From Actinomycetota bacterium (GTDB lineage Bacteria; Actinomycetota; CADDZG01; JAHWKV01), in contig JBHELT010000020.1 in NCBI GenBank assembly GCA_046262935.1, positions 2,893 through 66,892 on the forward strand: a DNA stretch of 64,000 nucleotides, read 5' to 3'. Positions within the stretch are counted from its first letter, which is position 1, and every line of letters begins with the position of its first letter. A model generated the notes under the pieces. It was not told the origin of the DNA and did no database searches. It was given only the letters and a program-made list of their open reading frames with translations. Shown here in pieces: positions 1 to 12,000 of this stretch. Made by a program: the position numbers and the translations under genes.

Positions 1-3000
1 TATCGACGATGGAACCATTCGTTTTGAGGTCGATCCGGCCACTGTTGTCTGTGTTGCTGAACGTCAAGGTTCCGCGATCGGCATCGGTGAAGGTTGCATC
101 TACGTCTGAAAGGACTCGGAAGGTGATCGAAGCAGCAGTCGAAGCATGATGGATGTCTATGTTGTGACCCGCAGTTACACCTCTCGCCGTGCAAGCCGCG
201 TTCCCACAGAATTGATAGTTGGCGTTGATGTTCGTCAGATCACTGCCATAGGCAACCAGGATGAGCGGCCCGCCAACCACGTCGGCCGTGGTGCCGGAAT
301 CGGGGAAGAAATGTCGCCACGTTGCCGTCTGCTGAACCGTCGATCCAGAACCGGGCACGGCATTCGGCGTGTATCGGTCAACGTTGATCTGTCCCGGGGC
401 GACCTTGTTGATGCCCTCGGCACTGTTGTTGACGTTGATCCAGATGTCGTGCCCGGCGAAGATGGGCCCGATCAGCGGAGTGATCGGCGTGGAAACAGCT
501 GCCGATTCTGAGTCGCGACGGATGGTCGTGAGGTCGAGGAACAAGTCGTTTCCAACTTCGGCCTGCAGGACTACGGGTTTGGGATGAGGCGCTGAGCAAA
601 GGAAGGCTCCGGTGCAGTCCCATTGAACGAGGATGGCTTTGACAGGCGATGCAAGTGTTCCGGCAGAGCCCAGATCCGAATCGATGAAGAGTTGGTTGCT
701 TGTGAAGTAAGCATTGGATCCGACGAAGATGTTGCCGCGATCGTTCTTTAGTGTGGTTGTGCCGATGACGTTTGCGATGTTCCCATCGATAGTGAGGTTG
801 CATGGGCCAGAGGCGCAAGCGGTCATCGAGGCAGCACCACTGAGGCTTTGGATGCTTGTGATGGTTGCTGGGAAAACGTGTTTCACGTTGAATTCCCAAA
901 CCGTTGGCGACGGCGCGTGCTCGGCCCCACTATCAACAGAGACGCTGATGACAGCTTCGGGCGACGTGGTCAATGAAGCATTCAACACGTTTATGGACTG
1001 GTTGGGAGACCCACCGGTGCCGAACAGGTGGATCGGTCGATCGGAGCTGTTGGCGATGGTGACCGAATCCCAGGTCTCTTGCATGTAGAAGATCGCGCTC
1101 TTGCCGCTGATGGTACCGAGGTGGCTGCCATCAACTTGGTTTGCGAAGAACAATGCCGACGGCAATTCGTCGTAGATGATCGGATCGATGTTGATGGTGT
1201 CCCCACCTGGAACGATGTCTCCGATCGACAGTGCTGCGTTATCGCTCGATCGGCGCGCGGTCACGTTGTAGGTTTTTGCGATGATCGTGCCGGTTGAGTC
1301 GATGATCAGAACCGGATTGGGCTCACCCAACAGATAGGTCGTTGCGTTCCAAACGATCGTGCGACTCGGGTTGTTGTTTAGCGGTGCGTCTGCGCTTCCT
1401 CCGTCGAATAGGCCACCGTCGCTGTGCGCGTGCGTATAAAGGGTAGACCAGTACTCCTCAGCGAACACATTAAGGTCAGCAGTCCTAACCACGGCGTTTA
1501 CGGCACCATTGATGAAGGAATCCCGGTTGTAGGTGACCTCAGCAGTGGCATCCGTGTCGCCGCCGCCACATGAACACGAAGCGCTCGAGTCGGCCTGGAA
1601 ATTGACGTTGTTGTGGATCGACTTGAGTTGAACGAAGTCACCCGTTATGGATGAGCCACCATCGAGCAGTACCTTCGTCGCGTCGCTGGCGATGATGTGC
1701 GATGCGGCGTCTGAGTCAGCGCCCAATGCCGCAGCATGCGCGTTCGACCGGGCTAGAGCCTTCTCGGTCATCGCAGCCGAAGTCACCTGACCGTTGGATG
1801 CGTTGATCCCTCTCAGTTCTCCAACTCCAGCTGATAGGTACACAGTTGCCGCGCGAAGGTCGGCGCCATTGCCGATCTCAGTCTGAGCAAGGCCGTTGTT
1901 GATGTGCAGTCCCTTGCTCGAGTCGTCGTTCGCATCAACGTCGGCCCCCAGCCCTGCAGAGTCGGCCTGCGAGTACGCATTCAGGTCAACGCCATCAGCG
2001 GCATCAGCCACGAGGGTCCGGTTGGCAATTACTTTGCCCAGGATCTTAGTTTCGATATCGAATCCGACCTGCAGAGTCGCCGTCGCGGAGGCCGTCCCGA
2101 TGAGCCCGCCAGTCGCGTTGACAGATTCGGTATTCCCGTACTGAGTCCCATTCGAAAGGATCTTGATGTCCCGGGTCGCGAATAGGTCGGAACCCGATCC
2201 CAGGGTCGTCTTTACGGTGTTGGAGATAGTGCCCGTCGCCGATGACGATCCGAACGACAGGAAGCCTCCACCCTCGCCGCGTGAACTGATGGCTCCGTTG
2301 GAAGCGGAAGCCGACGAGATGAAGATGTCTTTGCCGCGCATCTTGGCCGAACCGATCGTGATCGAGACATTTGGCTGAGTGGTCATGGTGGAATCGGCAT
2401 TGCGAAGGTCGAATAATCCGCCCCCGTTCGAGGTTGAGTTCGCGCTCACGATGCCGTCGCTCTTGCCCAGTTGACCGCTCGGACCCCCGACGCCAACCAA
2501 GACATGCGGTGAACTAGTCAAGCCGCTTTGCAGATCCACAACGATGTCCTGAGTTCCGCTGCCAGCACCGATAACTGCGATCCCTTCGTCGAGTAACGAA
2601 TGCGTTCCACCGGGGGCCGTCCCCGAAAGCGGGACTGGGTTACCAGAACTGTCCAGAAGCTGAAATTGAGTTCCACTAATGACATCGATGAAGTACATGT
2701 CGCCATTGACAAGTCCGCCGATCGGTCCCCATCCAGCCCTCTGCAGGTGGTGATCGGTCTTGAGAGCGGGGACCGAGAAGTCCGGGTTCAGGCTGATAAC
2801 ACTGATCGCGATCGGGAAGTCGTCCGAGCTGTCCGATGGCGTGCCGTTGTTGTTGGTGCAATTGGTCGGGTCGGCAACGCCACCAACCGCCGCACAATAG
2901 GTACTCGACAGCTGGATGCGGTTCGGATCGGTTCCGTCGACGTGGATGAAGTAATGACCGCCGTTGGTCAATGGGTTCAATACGGTCGGCGAGCCGACAT

Positions 3001-6000
3001 CTTTAGTGGCCGTGTAGATAACCTCTACACCGTTGGTGAATCCGATGGAAGCGTGAGATGGGGCAAAGATCTTGTTGGTGTTGACACTGTGATCTATACC
3101 CGTGCTCCCGAAGACGATCTTGCCCGAGCCATCGACCTGGACGTCAACCAACGAACTCTTGAATTCGATCGTGGCAGGTTGGTGGTAGACGCGAGCCTGT
3201 CCGTCTGCCAAACCGGCGGTTGAAGGAACGGTGATAACCGACCCCGCGATAAGTGTTGGGGTGAAGTTGTATGTGCTCAGCGGAGCACCCGAGCGAAGGC
3301 GTATGCGGTTCCCGTCGACCTTGAAGACCGTGTAGGTACCCCCACAAGTGAGGCCCCCCGCCGGCTTGGTCACGAATGCGGATCCACCGTTGCAGTCGTA
3401 GATGATCTGGTCGCCGGTTTTCAAGTTATGGGGCTGGCTGAACATGATCGATGCCGTGGCCGCATCGAACGCGCCTCCAGCATCGAACTCAACGCCGAGT
3501 TTCAGCGTCATGCAAGACGCTGGCGTCCCGCTGCACCCAACGATCACTCCGTATGTTTGACCATCGTTCAGACCAACGATCCTGTAAGGGTTGGGGATGC
3601 TTCCGTTCTGAACGTTTGGATCGGGTGACGTTGCATTGGGATAAGAAGGGGCGCTGTACACGACGGTATCGCCGGTAGAAAGACCGTGAGGCAGAGCAAA
3701 ACCCAGGATGTTGTTGCCCTGGTCAACGCTGGTGATCGTCCCGTCCGATAGTGGAGCGGGAGCTTGGCCATGGTTAGCGCTAATGGTCAGCCTGTTACCA
3801 GCCTGCACGAACCCGCCGCCAACCGTTGCGCTCGACGACGGAGTGTTCTTCGCATCAGCGTCGAGCGCCGCCTGAATCTCGATCAATCCAGCGCTTGTTG
3901 ACTTGGCGAAAGCGTCGGCATCGGTCAATGAATTCGACAAAACGTCGATGTTATTGGTGGCCGTAACGTTGCCGGACCCAAGCGAGGCAGAAACGTTGGG
4001 GTTCGTCGTAGCCTTGGCACTCGAAGCACCGAAGGCCAAGATCCCAACGGTGAGGCTCTCGACCGACGCAACGGTCCTGTCGTCGGCGAATGCAGAAACC
4101 TCTATATCGAATGCGCCAGGGTCTCCCACTGTGCCAAGTACTGGATCCAGATGCGTCGTACCGACACTCCCGCTCAGGGCGGCCGAGGTAGGAGCGTTGT
4201 CGGTCGCGGTCGGATCTACGAACGCGAGTCCGCCGAGCAGCGCGATCGACTTACCTGAAGCCTTGGCCGTTGCCTTGTTTGCCGAGGTCGACTTGACCGT
4301 CAACTTCTGAGACAGGCCGTTGATGTTCCCACCTGATCCGATGCTCGAACTTGTTGCTGCATTTGAATCGATGAGGGCGTCTGCGGCTCCGCCGTTGGCC
4401 GATATCCCGATGCTGCCTGCGATTCCGTTCTCAGTAGCCGAAGACGTGTTCGTCGAGAACGCTTCTAGATCGAAACTGGTGCCCTTGGTGACTGCTCCGT
4501 CGTACTGAGCATTGGTCGGTGCACTGATGGTGGCATCGGGTTCGGAGATGTTGAACCCAGCAAGGAGTCCGCCGGTGATCGTGTCCGAGGTTGCCGTCGC
4601 GGTGTTGGTACTCTTCGCCCACATCTTGATCGCACCATCGCTTGTGATCGAAGGTGTAGGAGTTCCTATCACTTCGGTTGTCGCGCTCGAGCCGATCAGT
4701 GCTTCCGCACCAGCGATCGCAACGCCAACCCCCAACGCCAACCCGAAAGTGTTGAGGGTTGAGTTCGCTGTGTTAACCGAGGTTGCCAGGATATCAACCG
4801 AGTTCGAGCTCTTGATCTTGCCGTCCATCCGCGCCCTAACCGCCGAGTTGACCTGTGCCGATGCGAAGGTGGCTCCCACCGTGATCACACCTGCCGCCGC
4901 ACTCAGAACGCTGGCGAGGGCGTTGTTGTTCGTGCCCTTGAGCTTCGCCTCAACCTTCACGAGTCCGACCGAAGAAACCTCACCGCTCGAGCCGATGCCC
5001 GCCTCAGTGAAAGCACCGCTTGTGACGTTAGCGATGGCAGCAGCACCATTGACGCTTCCGATGGAAACGCTCGCCACGGTCGCCGTTGCCTGGGCATCCT
5101 TGTTGCCGATGGCCTGTACGGTAGTGAAGGTCGAGCTGGTGATCTTTCCGTTGATATTAGCTTTCGTGTGACCCGAGACTTCTGCCATTGGTATCAGGAC
5201 CGCGATGTTTACGGCCCCAAAAGTCGCTCCGGGTGTGTTCGCGGTTGCGGTGTCTGCTGACTCGGCCTTCACCGAGACCGAACCAGTCACAGCACTGTCG
5301 GTTGACGAGGTCACCAGGGCCTCGGTTGATCTGCCGTTAACCGCATTTGCGACGGTCACACCAACGCCGATGAGAGCTCCCTGGATATTTAGGCTGTTGG
5401 CGGTAACGCTGTGAATACCGGTTCCCGTCACCGAAAGGTTGCCCGCGATCGGTCCATGTCCTCCGAATGAAGCCTTGGTGAGTCCAGTGACCTTGTCGAA
5501 CGGTACCGCTGCTCCGAGGGCGATGAGCCCAACTTGAAGTGAGATCGCTTTGGTCTGAGCATTGATCGTTGAGTCAGCATTCACGGTCACGCCTGCGACA
5601 TCCCCGGCTTCCGCAAGTCCTACGTTGCCGATCGTGGCGAGCGTGTCGCCGCTAACCGTGCTGACCGCAACTGCGGCGCCCAACGTTGCCAGCCCGATGG
5701 AGACACCCAATGCGTTGGTCTTGATCGTGCGATTGGTTATGGCCTCGACCGTGAGTCCCAAGAGTGCCTTGCGTACTTTGGCGTTGTTGTCGATATGAGA
5801 ATTCGTAGAGGCGGAATCATTCACGACAACAACTTGGGCCCCCAAGGAGACGAGACCAGCCTGACCGGCGAAGGCAAGGCCGTCGGTATTCTCAGTCATC
5901 CTGGCGGAAACGAGCACGAGACCCCCCGCTGTGATCCTGCCCCCTCCCCCAACGCCTGCATCGACCTTCTCGCCGATACCGACGATCAGTATCGAGCCGC

Positions 6001-9000
6001 CGATGGCAACTATGCCCGCAGCGGCTGTTCCTGTAAGACCATTGACATCAAGCAGCTCACGCGCTCTTACCCCGACATTGCCTCCTGCGATGACGGCGCC
6101 GTTCATCGCAGCCGAAGTGCCATCTGGTACTGCGCTCGAAGCCAAAGTCGCCGAAGTCAGACCAGCTAGTGAATCGCCGTTATCTTTGATGTTCTTTTTT
6201 ATGCCACTACTTGAGCTCGCTCCCGTGACGTCACGCACTCTCGAGTCGGTCTTGTCGCCAGACCCACTTGATGATCCATTCAGCAAGGACTGATAACCAC
6301 CCGAACCACCGGTCACCTGGGAATCGGCGTCATCTGCAGCGTTGCCCCCGCCACTTTCATGGCCGAGTGCGTTTACGTCCTGGGTCCATTGGGTTGGGCT
6401 CGAAGAAGGGGTATTGCCCATGTTTCCATCGAGTTTCGAACCGTATCTCTTACAAGTCGTCGAATCTGCAGGGTTTGTGCAGTAGCTGACAGTGTCGCCC
6501 TTGTTGTAGGTGGTTCCGGCTGCCCAGTCGCCCTTGTCGGGACCGCCGACGCCGTCGTTGTAATTCGATGTTGGTTGCGTGCCGATGGTCCAAACCGATA
6601 TGGAGCCTGCCGCACCAACGACGCCGCCAGCAACTGCTATGGCATATGTCTGGATCTGCTTTCGAGCCAGAGCATTCAGGTCAACACTGTTGTTCGCCCT
6701 GACCGTAGCTCCTGGGTCGATAAATGCCTGAGTCGAAGTCTGCGCGACACCGATGTCGACTCCGGCACCAACCCCTACGAAGCCTCCTGCGACGCCTCCG
6801 CCGATGGTCAATGTCTTTATGAAGTCGACGGCCGAGATATTGACCGACTGCGAGTTGTCGGCACTCTGCCCATTCACATCGGAGCCCCCACCTACATAAG
6901 CCTTGGTTGTGACGTGGATGAGCGAAACGCCGACCGCTCCGCCGACACCAACGAACCCTCCTCCACCCGCGATCACAAGACCAAAGATGTCCTCGGAAGA
7001 ACTGGCTTGGATCCCCAACCCGTGGAATGCAGTGCCGGTTTGGAAGGCTTTGCCTGCGAACTCACCGGTAAAGATCCCGTCGATCCCAGTTGACGCCGAC
7101 TTCGCGTCGACGATGTTGTTCGAGCCGAGGAAGGCACGAGTGTCCTTCGTGATGCTCGTTACCCCGACTGAAAGACCTACGCCAACGAATCCACCTGCGA
7201 TGGCACCAGCTACAACGATAGCTTTGGTGTCATCGGAAGATGTCATGAGGACGTTATTGCCAGCATCGATCGTTACGCCAGTGCCGGTGTTTGCGTAGGC
7301 GTGAGTATTCAGAACATTTACAGCAACGGCTCCACCAACTCCAACGATCCCGCCGGCCACGCTGACCGTCACATCGACTATCTCGTCCTTGCCAGTCGCC
7401 CTAACTGTCACGTCCTTAGCAGCCTTGACCTTTGCGGAATCGTCGATAAACGCATCCGTGTTTAGCGTGATGATCCCTACAGAAACGCCTGGGCCTATCC
7501 CTGCCACGCCGCCAGCGGCCGATGCAGCAACCTCAAGACCGTAGAACTGGTTGGCTGCCGCCACGAGGACAGATTGACTAGTACCTGCGCCGCTATTTGC
7601 ACACGTGATCGGTGCGCAATTGATACGCGCCGACTTGCCGACGTATGCGGACGTGTTAGCCGTGAAAATGTCGATCGAGCCTGTGATGGCAACTCCTGCA
7701 CTGAGGCCGATCGCCATGCTTACGGCAACAGTTGCGATGTCGTCGCTATTCGTCGCTGTGATGGCCACACCCTTGAAACCAGTATCGGCTGCTGCGCTGA
7801 TCGTGCGCGGTCCCGTAGCGGCTGCGTCTGCTGACGGCATGGCTCCTTGCTTCACGACGCTGTGCGACTTTCCAGAAGATTGGGAGGCGTCAAGAGGGAT
7901 CGCAGCCCCTCCCTTTGTTGCCCTTAGCTGGACCTGGTTCGGACCAAGTCCGGAAACCTTCGCGTAGTAGGTCTGACCATCGACCAGACCTCCGATCGGG
8001 GTTCCGCCTCCAGAGCTATAAACAACGGTGTCGTCGTCGTTGAGGATCCCGTGGTTATAGGCCAGCGTCATCGTTGTTCCAGAAACCGCACCGGCTTTCC
8101 TGGGATTGAACCTTGGGTTCTTGTCGTCATTGACGCCTGCACTGTTCATCGACACGAGCCTGTGGTTCTCGCCACCGCCGCCTGCGAAGGTATTGATGAC
8201 TGGGCCAGTGGCTGTGTTGCGCAGTTGAGCACGAGTCGGCTGCCCAGTAACGAGCTTCACGAAGTAAACGCCGCCTGAGGTCAATCCGGTGATTGGCGTT
8301 CCACCACCCGCGTCGTAAATGACCTTCTGGCCATCGGTGAAGCCATGTTCGTACCCGAGATCAAGCGTCGAACCGTCGACGATCGCGCCACCAGCTGGGT
8401 CGAACCTCGGATCGATCAAGGAAACAGAGTAGGAACCGCTATTTACTGTTGCACCCGATCCGCCACCCTTGCCGATGACGGTGGAATTGTCACCCACCCA
8501 CGAGTGAGTTTCTTTCTTGATCACAGGAACGCTGGCAGCAGCGCCGACACCAGCAGCGCCCCCAACCGAAAGGTTCCCTGCAACGACATCGAGTTTGAGA
8601 GTTTCGTCAGATGACACACGGACCGTTCCACCTGTGCTTACAAATGCTGCTTCACTGGGCAGTCCGCCATCGATGTATGCATCAGTCGAAATGTTGTAAA
8701 CGGAAACGCCTGCGTTTATCGAAACGGCGGCTGAACCGCCGACCGAGGCCGCCATCGCGATGGAAACGACGTTTTCTTTCGAAATCGCATCGACTAGAAC
8801 GTCGCCGTTGCCATTGATGTTTGCGGTTTTGCCGATCCAAGCCTGCGTATCCTTTGTGATGACTTCAACATCAACGCCTGCACCGACCCCAGCAGAGCCA
8901 CCTATAGCAACAGCACCAGCGATCGACAGCACTTTGGTTGAGTCCTGGGCCTTTACGGCAATTCCTGCCGTCGACGATGCGCCAACCAACGAGCCATTAA

Positions 9001-12000
9001 CGGCTGCGCCTCTGTCGATGTATGAATATGTCGTGTCACCCAAGAGGTCTACAACTACTGAACCGGCTACACCTACGGTTCCTCCTCCACCCCCACCGAT
9101 CGCGAAGAGCTTCAGGTCGTTCGATTGGGTTGACGCGATCGACAGGCCCGAGGATCCCCTGGCCTGAACATCTGCGTCGCGTCCGACGAAAGCCTTGAAC
9201 GTTGCGTCCCTTATCAAAGTCGAGGACGCGACCGACACGCCGGCGGTAGAGCCAAATGCAAGGCCACCGGCGAGAAGAACAAGTGAGTCGGCGCTATGAC
9301 CAGCCGACAGGTCGATGTTGGTCGCAAGGATGTCGATGTTGCCGCCCGAATGAAGGGAAGTGCCTTGTCCAGCGCCGCCATCGATGTATGCACGCGTTCC
9401 CGGTGAGCCTCCACCCTTGTTCAGAACGACAACGATGATGGAACCTTCGACGCCTGCGGTTGAAGCCGCGGCCGCATCCATAGCGATCTCAAGCAGATCC
9501 TGGGTCGAGATGGCGTGGATGGTCACGTCACCGCCAGAAGAAAGCACGCCCGACTTGCCGATATAAGCCTTAACGTCGGTGTTGATCACTTCAACGATGA
9601 GACCGAGGCCAACGCCTGCACTCCCAGTTGTCAAGCTAACGCTTCCCGCGATGTTCTTAAGGGTCGTTGCGTGGGTGGCCGTTACTTCGATCGTCTGGCC
9701 AGCGCCTCCTACCGTCACCTGGTTGACCCGTACCCCATCACCTATGAATGCGTAGGTCGAGATTGCAAAGACATCAACGATGATCGAACCAGTTACGGCA
9801 GCACTTCCACCCGACGCATCAAGACCGACGGCGACCGATGAGATCGCGGGGAAGTCGATGCCCATGAAACTGTCTGGCGAGATCGGATCTAGCGAAGAAG
9901 TTGCCTTGACGATGATGGCCCCCGCCGCTTTAACGATCGTGGGACTGGCTACGGATGAATCGATGTAGGCCTGGGTTTGAACCGCTGGCAGGATACTCAC
10001 TGTTACTGCGCCGCCAACTGCGGTGCCGCTCGTCGAAAGCGCGCCCGAGATCGCGAGGTTCTGCATCCCCATGGGTGTCTTCGCTTGGACGGTGATCGGG
10101 CCGGTTGAAGTGAGTAGCGAACCTTTGTCTACGAACGCTGTGGTGTGCAGTGTCAGAACTTGGATGCCTACGGATGCGGCGATCGAAGCGTCGGACTTGC
10201 CTGCTGCTCCCGCGATACCCCAGACGATGAAGTCGTTTCGCTTTCCGTTCGGCGTGATCGCCTCGACCGTGATCGCGGTACCAGTGACCTGACCGCTTAT
10301 CGAAGCGGTGTTGGTGATGTCTTGAACGTTGATGCCAACACCTGCGGCGATACTGACGCTGCTGCTCAGGTCAGAACTGGCAGCCAATGCTTTCGCCACG
10401 GCCTTGGTGAGGCTCGACGACGAAACCGAAACGGGACCGGTCGTCGTTACGTGTGCACCATTACCTATAGAAGATGTGTTGTTGACGCGGGTCCAGTTGA
10501 GTGCGAGAGATGCAGCGATACCAACTCCACCGCTCGAATCTCCGGAATCGCTGCTCGACTCCGAAGTGCCTTGATCGGTTGAGTCCTTACCCTTAGGCAG
10601 GGAGCCGCCCGTTTTGCCGTTGGTATTCGGGTTGTTATTGACTTGATCTTTGCTCTGCTCGTCGGCATTCGATTCGCCGCCACCGTTCTTTCCGCTTCCG
10701 TCCTCGGATTCACCTTTGGCACTTGCATGCGAAGTCGATTCGGCGTCCGTGACGGTGGTTGATCCGATAGCGAGAGAGGCGGCCGTGAGATTTCTTGCAA
10801 GGTCGGCGTGCGTCTCGATCTGAACAACATTGATGGCGATCGCTGCACCGATGGCAACGTCGCTGCCCCCAGCTTCGGCGTTCGAGTCGAGTTCGCTGAG
10901 CGATTCTTCCGTGGACTTGATGGTTGCGGCCCCCGTGATGGCCGACGCGGCCCCGGTCCCTAGGTACGACGAGGTTTGATCCTTGACTATCGCGATCGCG
11001 ACCGAGGGGCTGATAGAAACGCCACCCTTGGAGCCGGCCTTGTCTTCGGTCGTGACGATGTGACGCGAGTCGGCAAGGATGTCGAGTTTGCCGCCGCCCG
11101 TGAACCCTGCGCCATCTTCGATCGCGGATCTTGTTATGTGGTCATCAAGGACGTTCAGCGAAACCGAGGCTCCGACACCGACTTTCCCTGACTTTGCGTC
11201 GGAGTCAGCCTTTGCGACATCCTCAGCGTTGTTGAGTGTCTTGATGGAGATGTCGCCGGTCCCTGCGGTTACGTTCGCGGCGCTCGGCACAAGTGCTTTG
11301 GTGTGGTTGGAGATGATGTTGAGCGCCAGTGCGCCAGCAACGCTTACCTTGCCTGAATCGCCGTCGGCTCCCGACTTGGCGTTAGCAACTGCGTGATGCT
11401 CGGCAAGGATGAAGAAGTCACCGTTCGAGGGGCTCCCTGGGAACGTCGTTCCGTGCGCGAACGGGCCCGTCGATTGCACGTCCCAAGTAGATGTGCCGTC
11501 GTTCCACTTGTAAACACCAGGAAGGAAGTGGATCCGTAGCACCGCCGCGCCATCGTCGGGGGTCCCCGTGCAACCGGTGATCCCAGTGAAGGAGGTTGCA
11601 GTCTTGCCTGAGTACAAACAGGTTCCGTCGATGCCGTCGGCTTTGAACTTTCCGCTCGATGCGAAGTTCGTTGTGTCGGCTACATTCAATGTTCCGCCCA
11701 CAACCTGACCGCCACCGCTGACAGTTGTGCCGGTCGTTGAGGTGATTGTCGCTTTGTCTTCAGGGGTCCCAGTGCAACCCGTGATGCCGGTTATCGAGGT
11801 GGCCGTCTTGCCGGTGTATGTGCAAGTCCCGTCGATGCCCGATCCAGTGAAGGTTCCTGCTGAGGGGAATGCGTTCGCATTCTTGACGGTTAGCGATCCG
11901 CCCCCAACGCTCTGACTTGCGCCATCAACCTTGGTTGAGGCTGGCGCGCCTTCGGTCAGATGGAAGAGATCTTCGTCCTCGGGGGACTCTGGGAATGATG

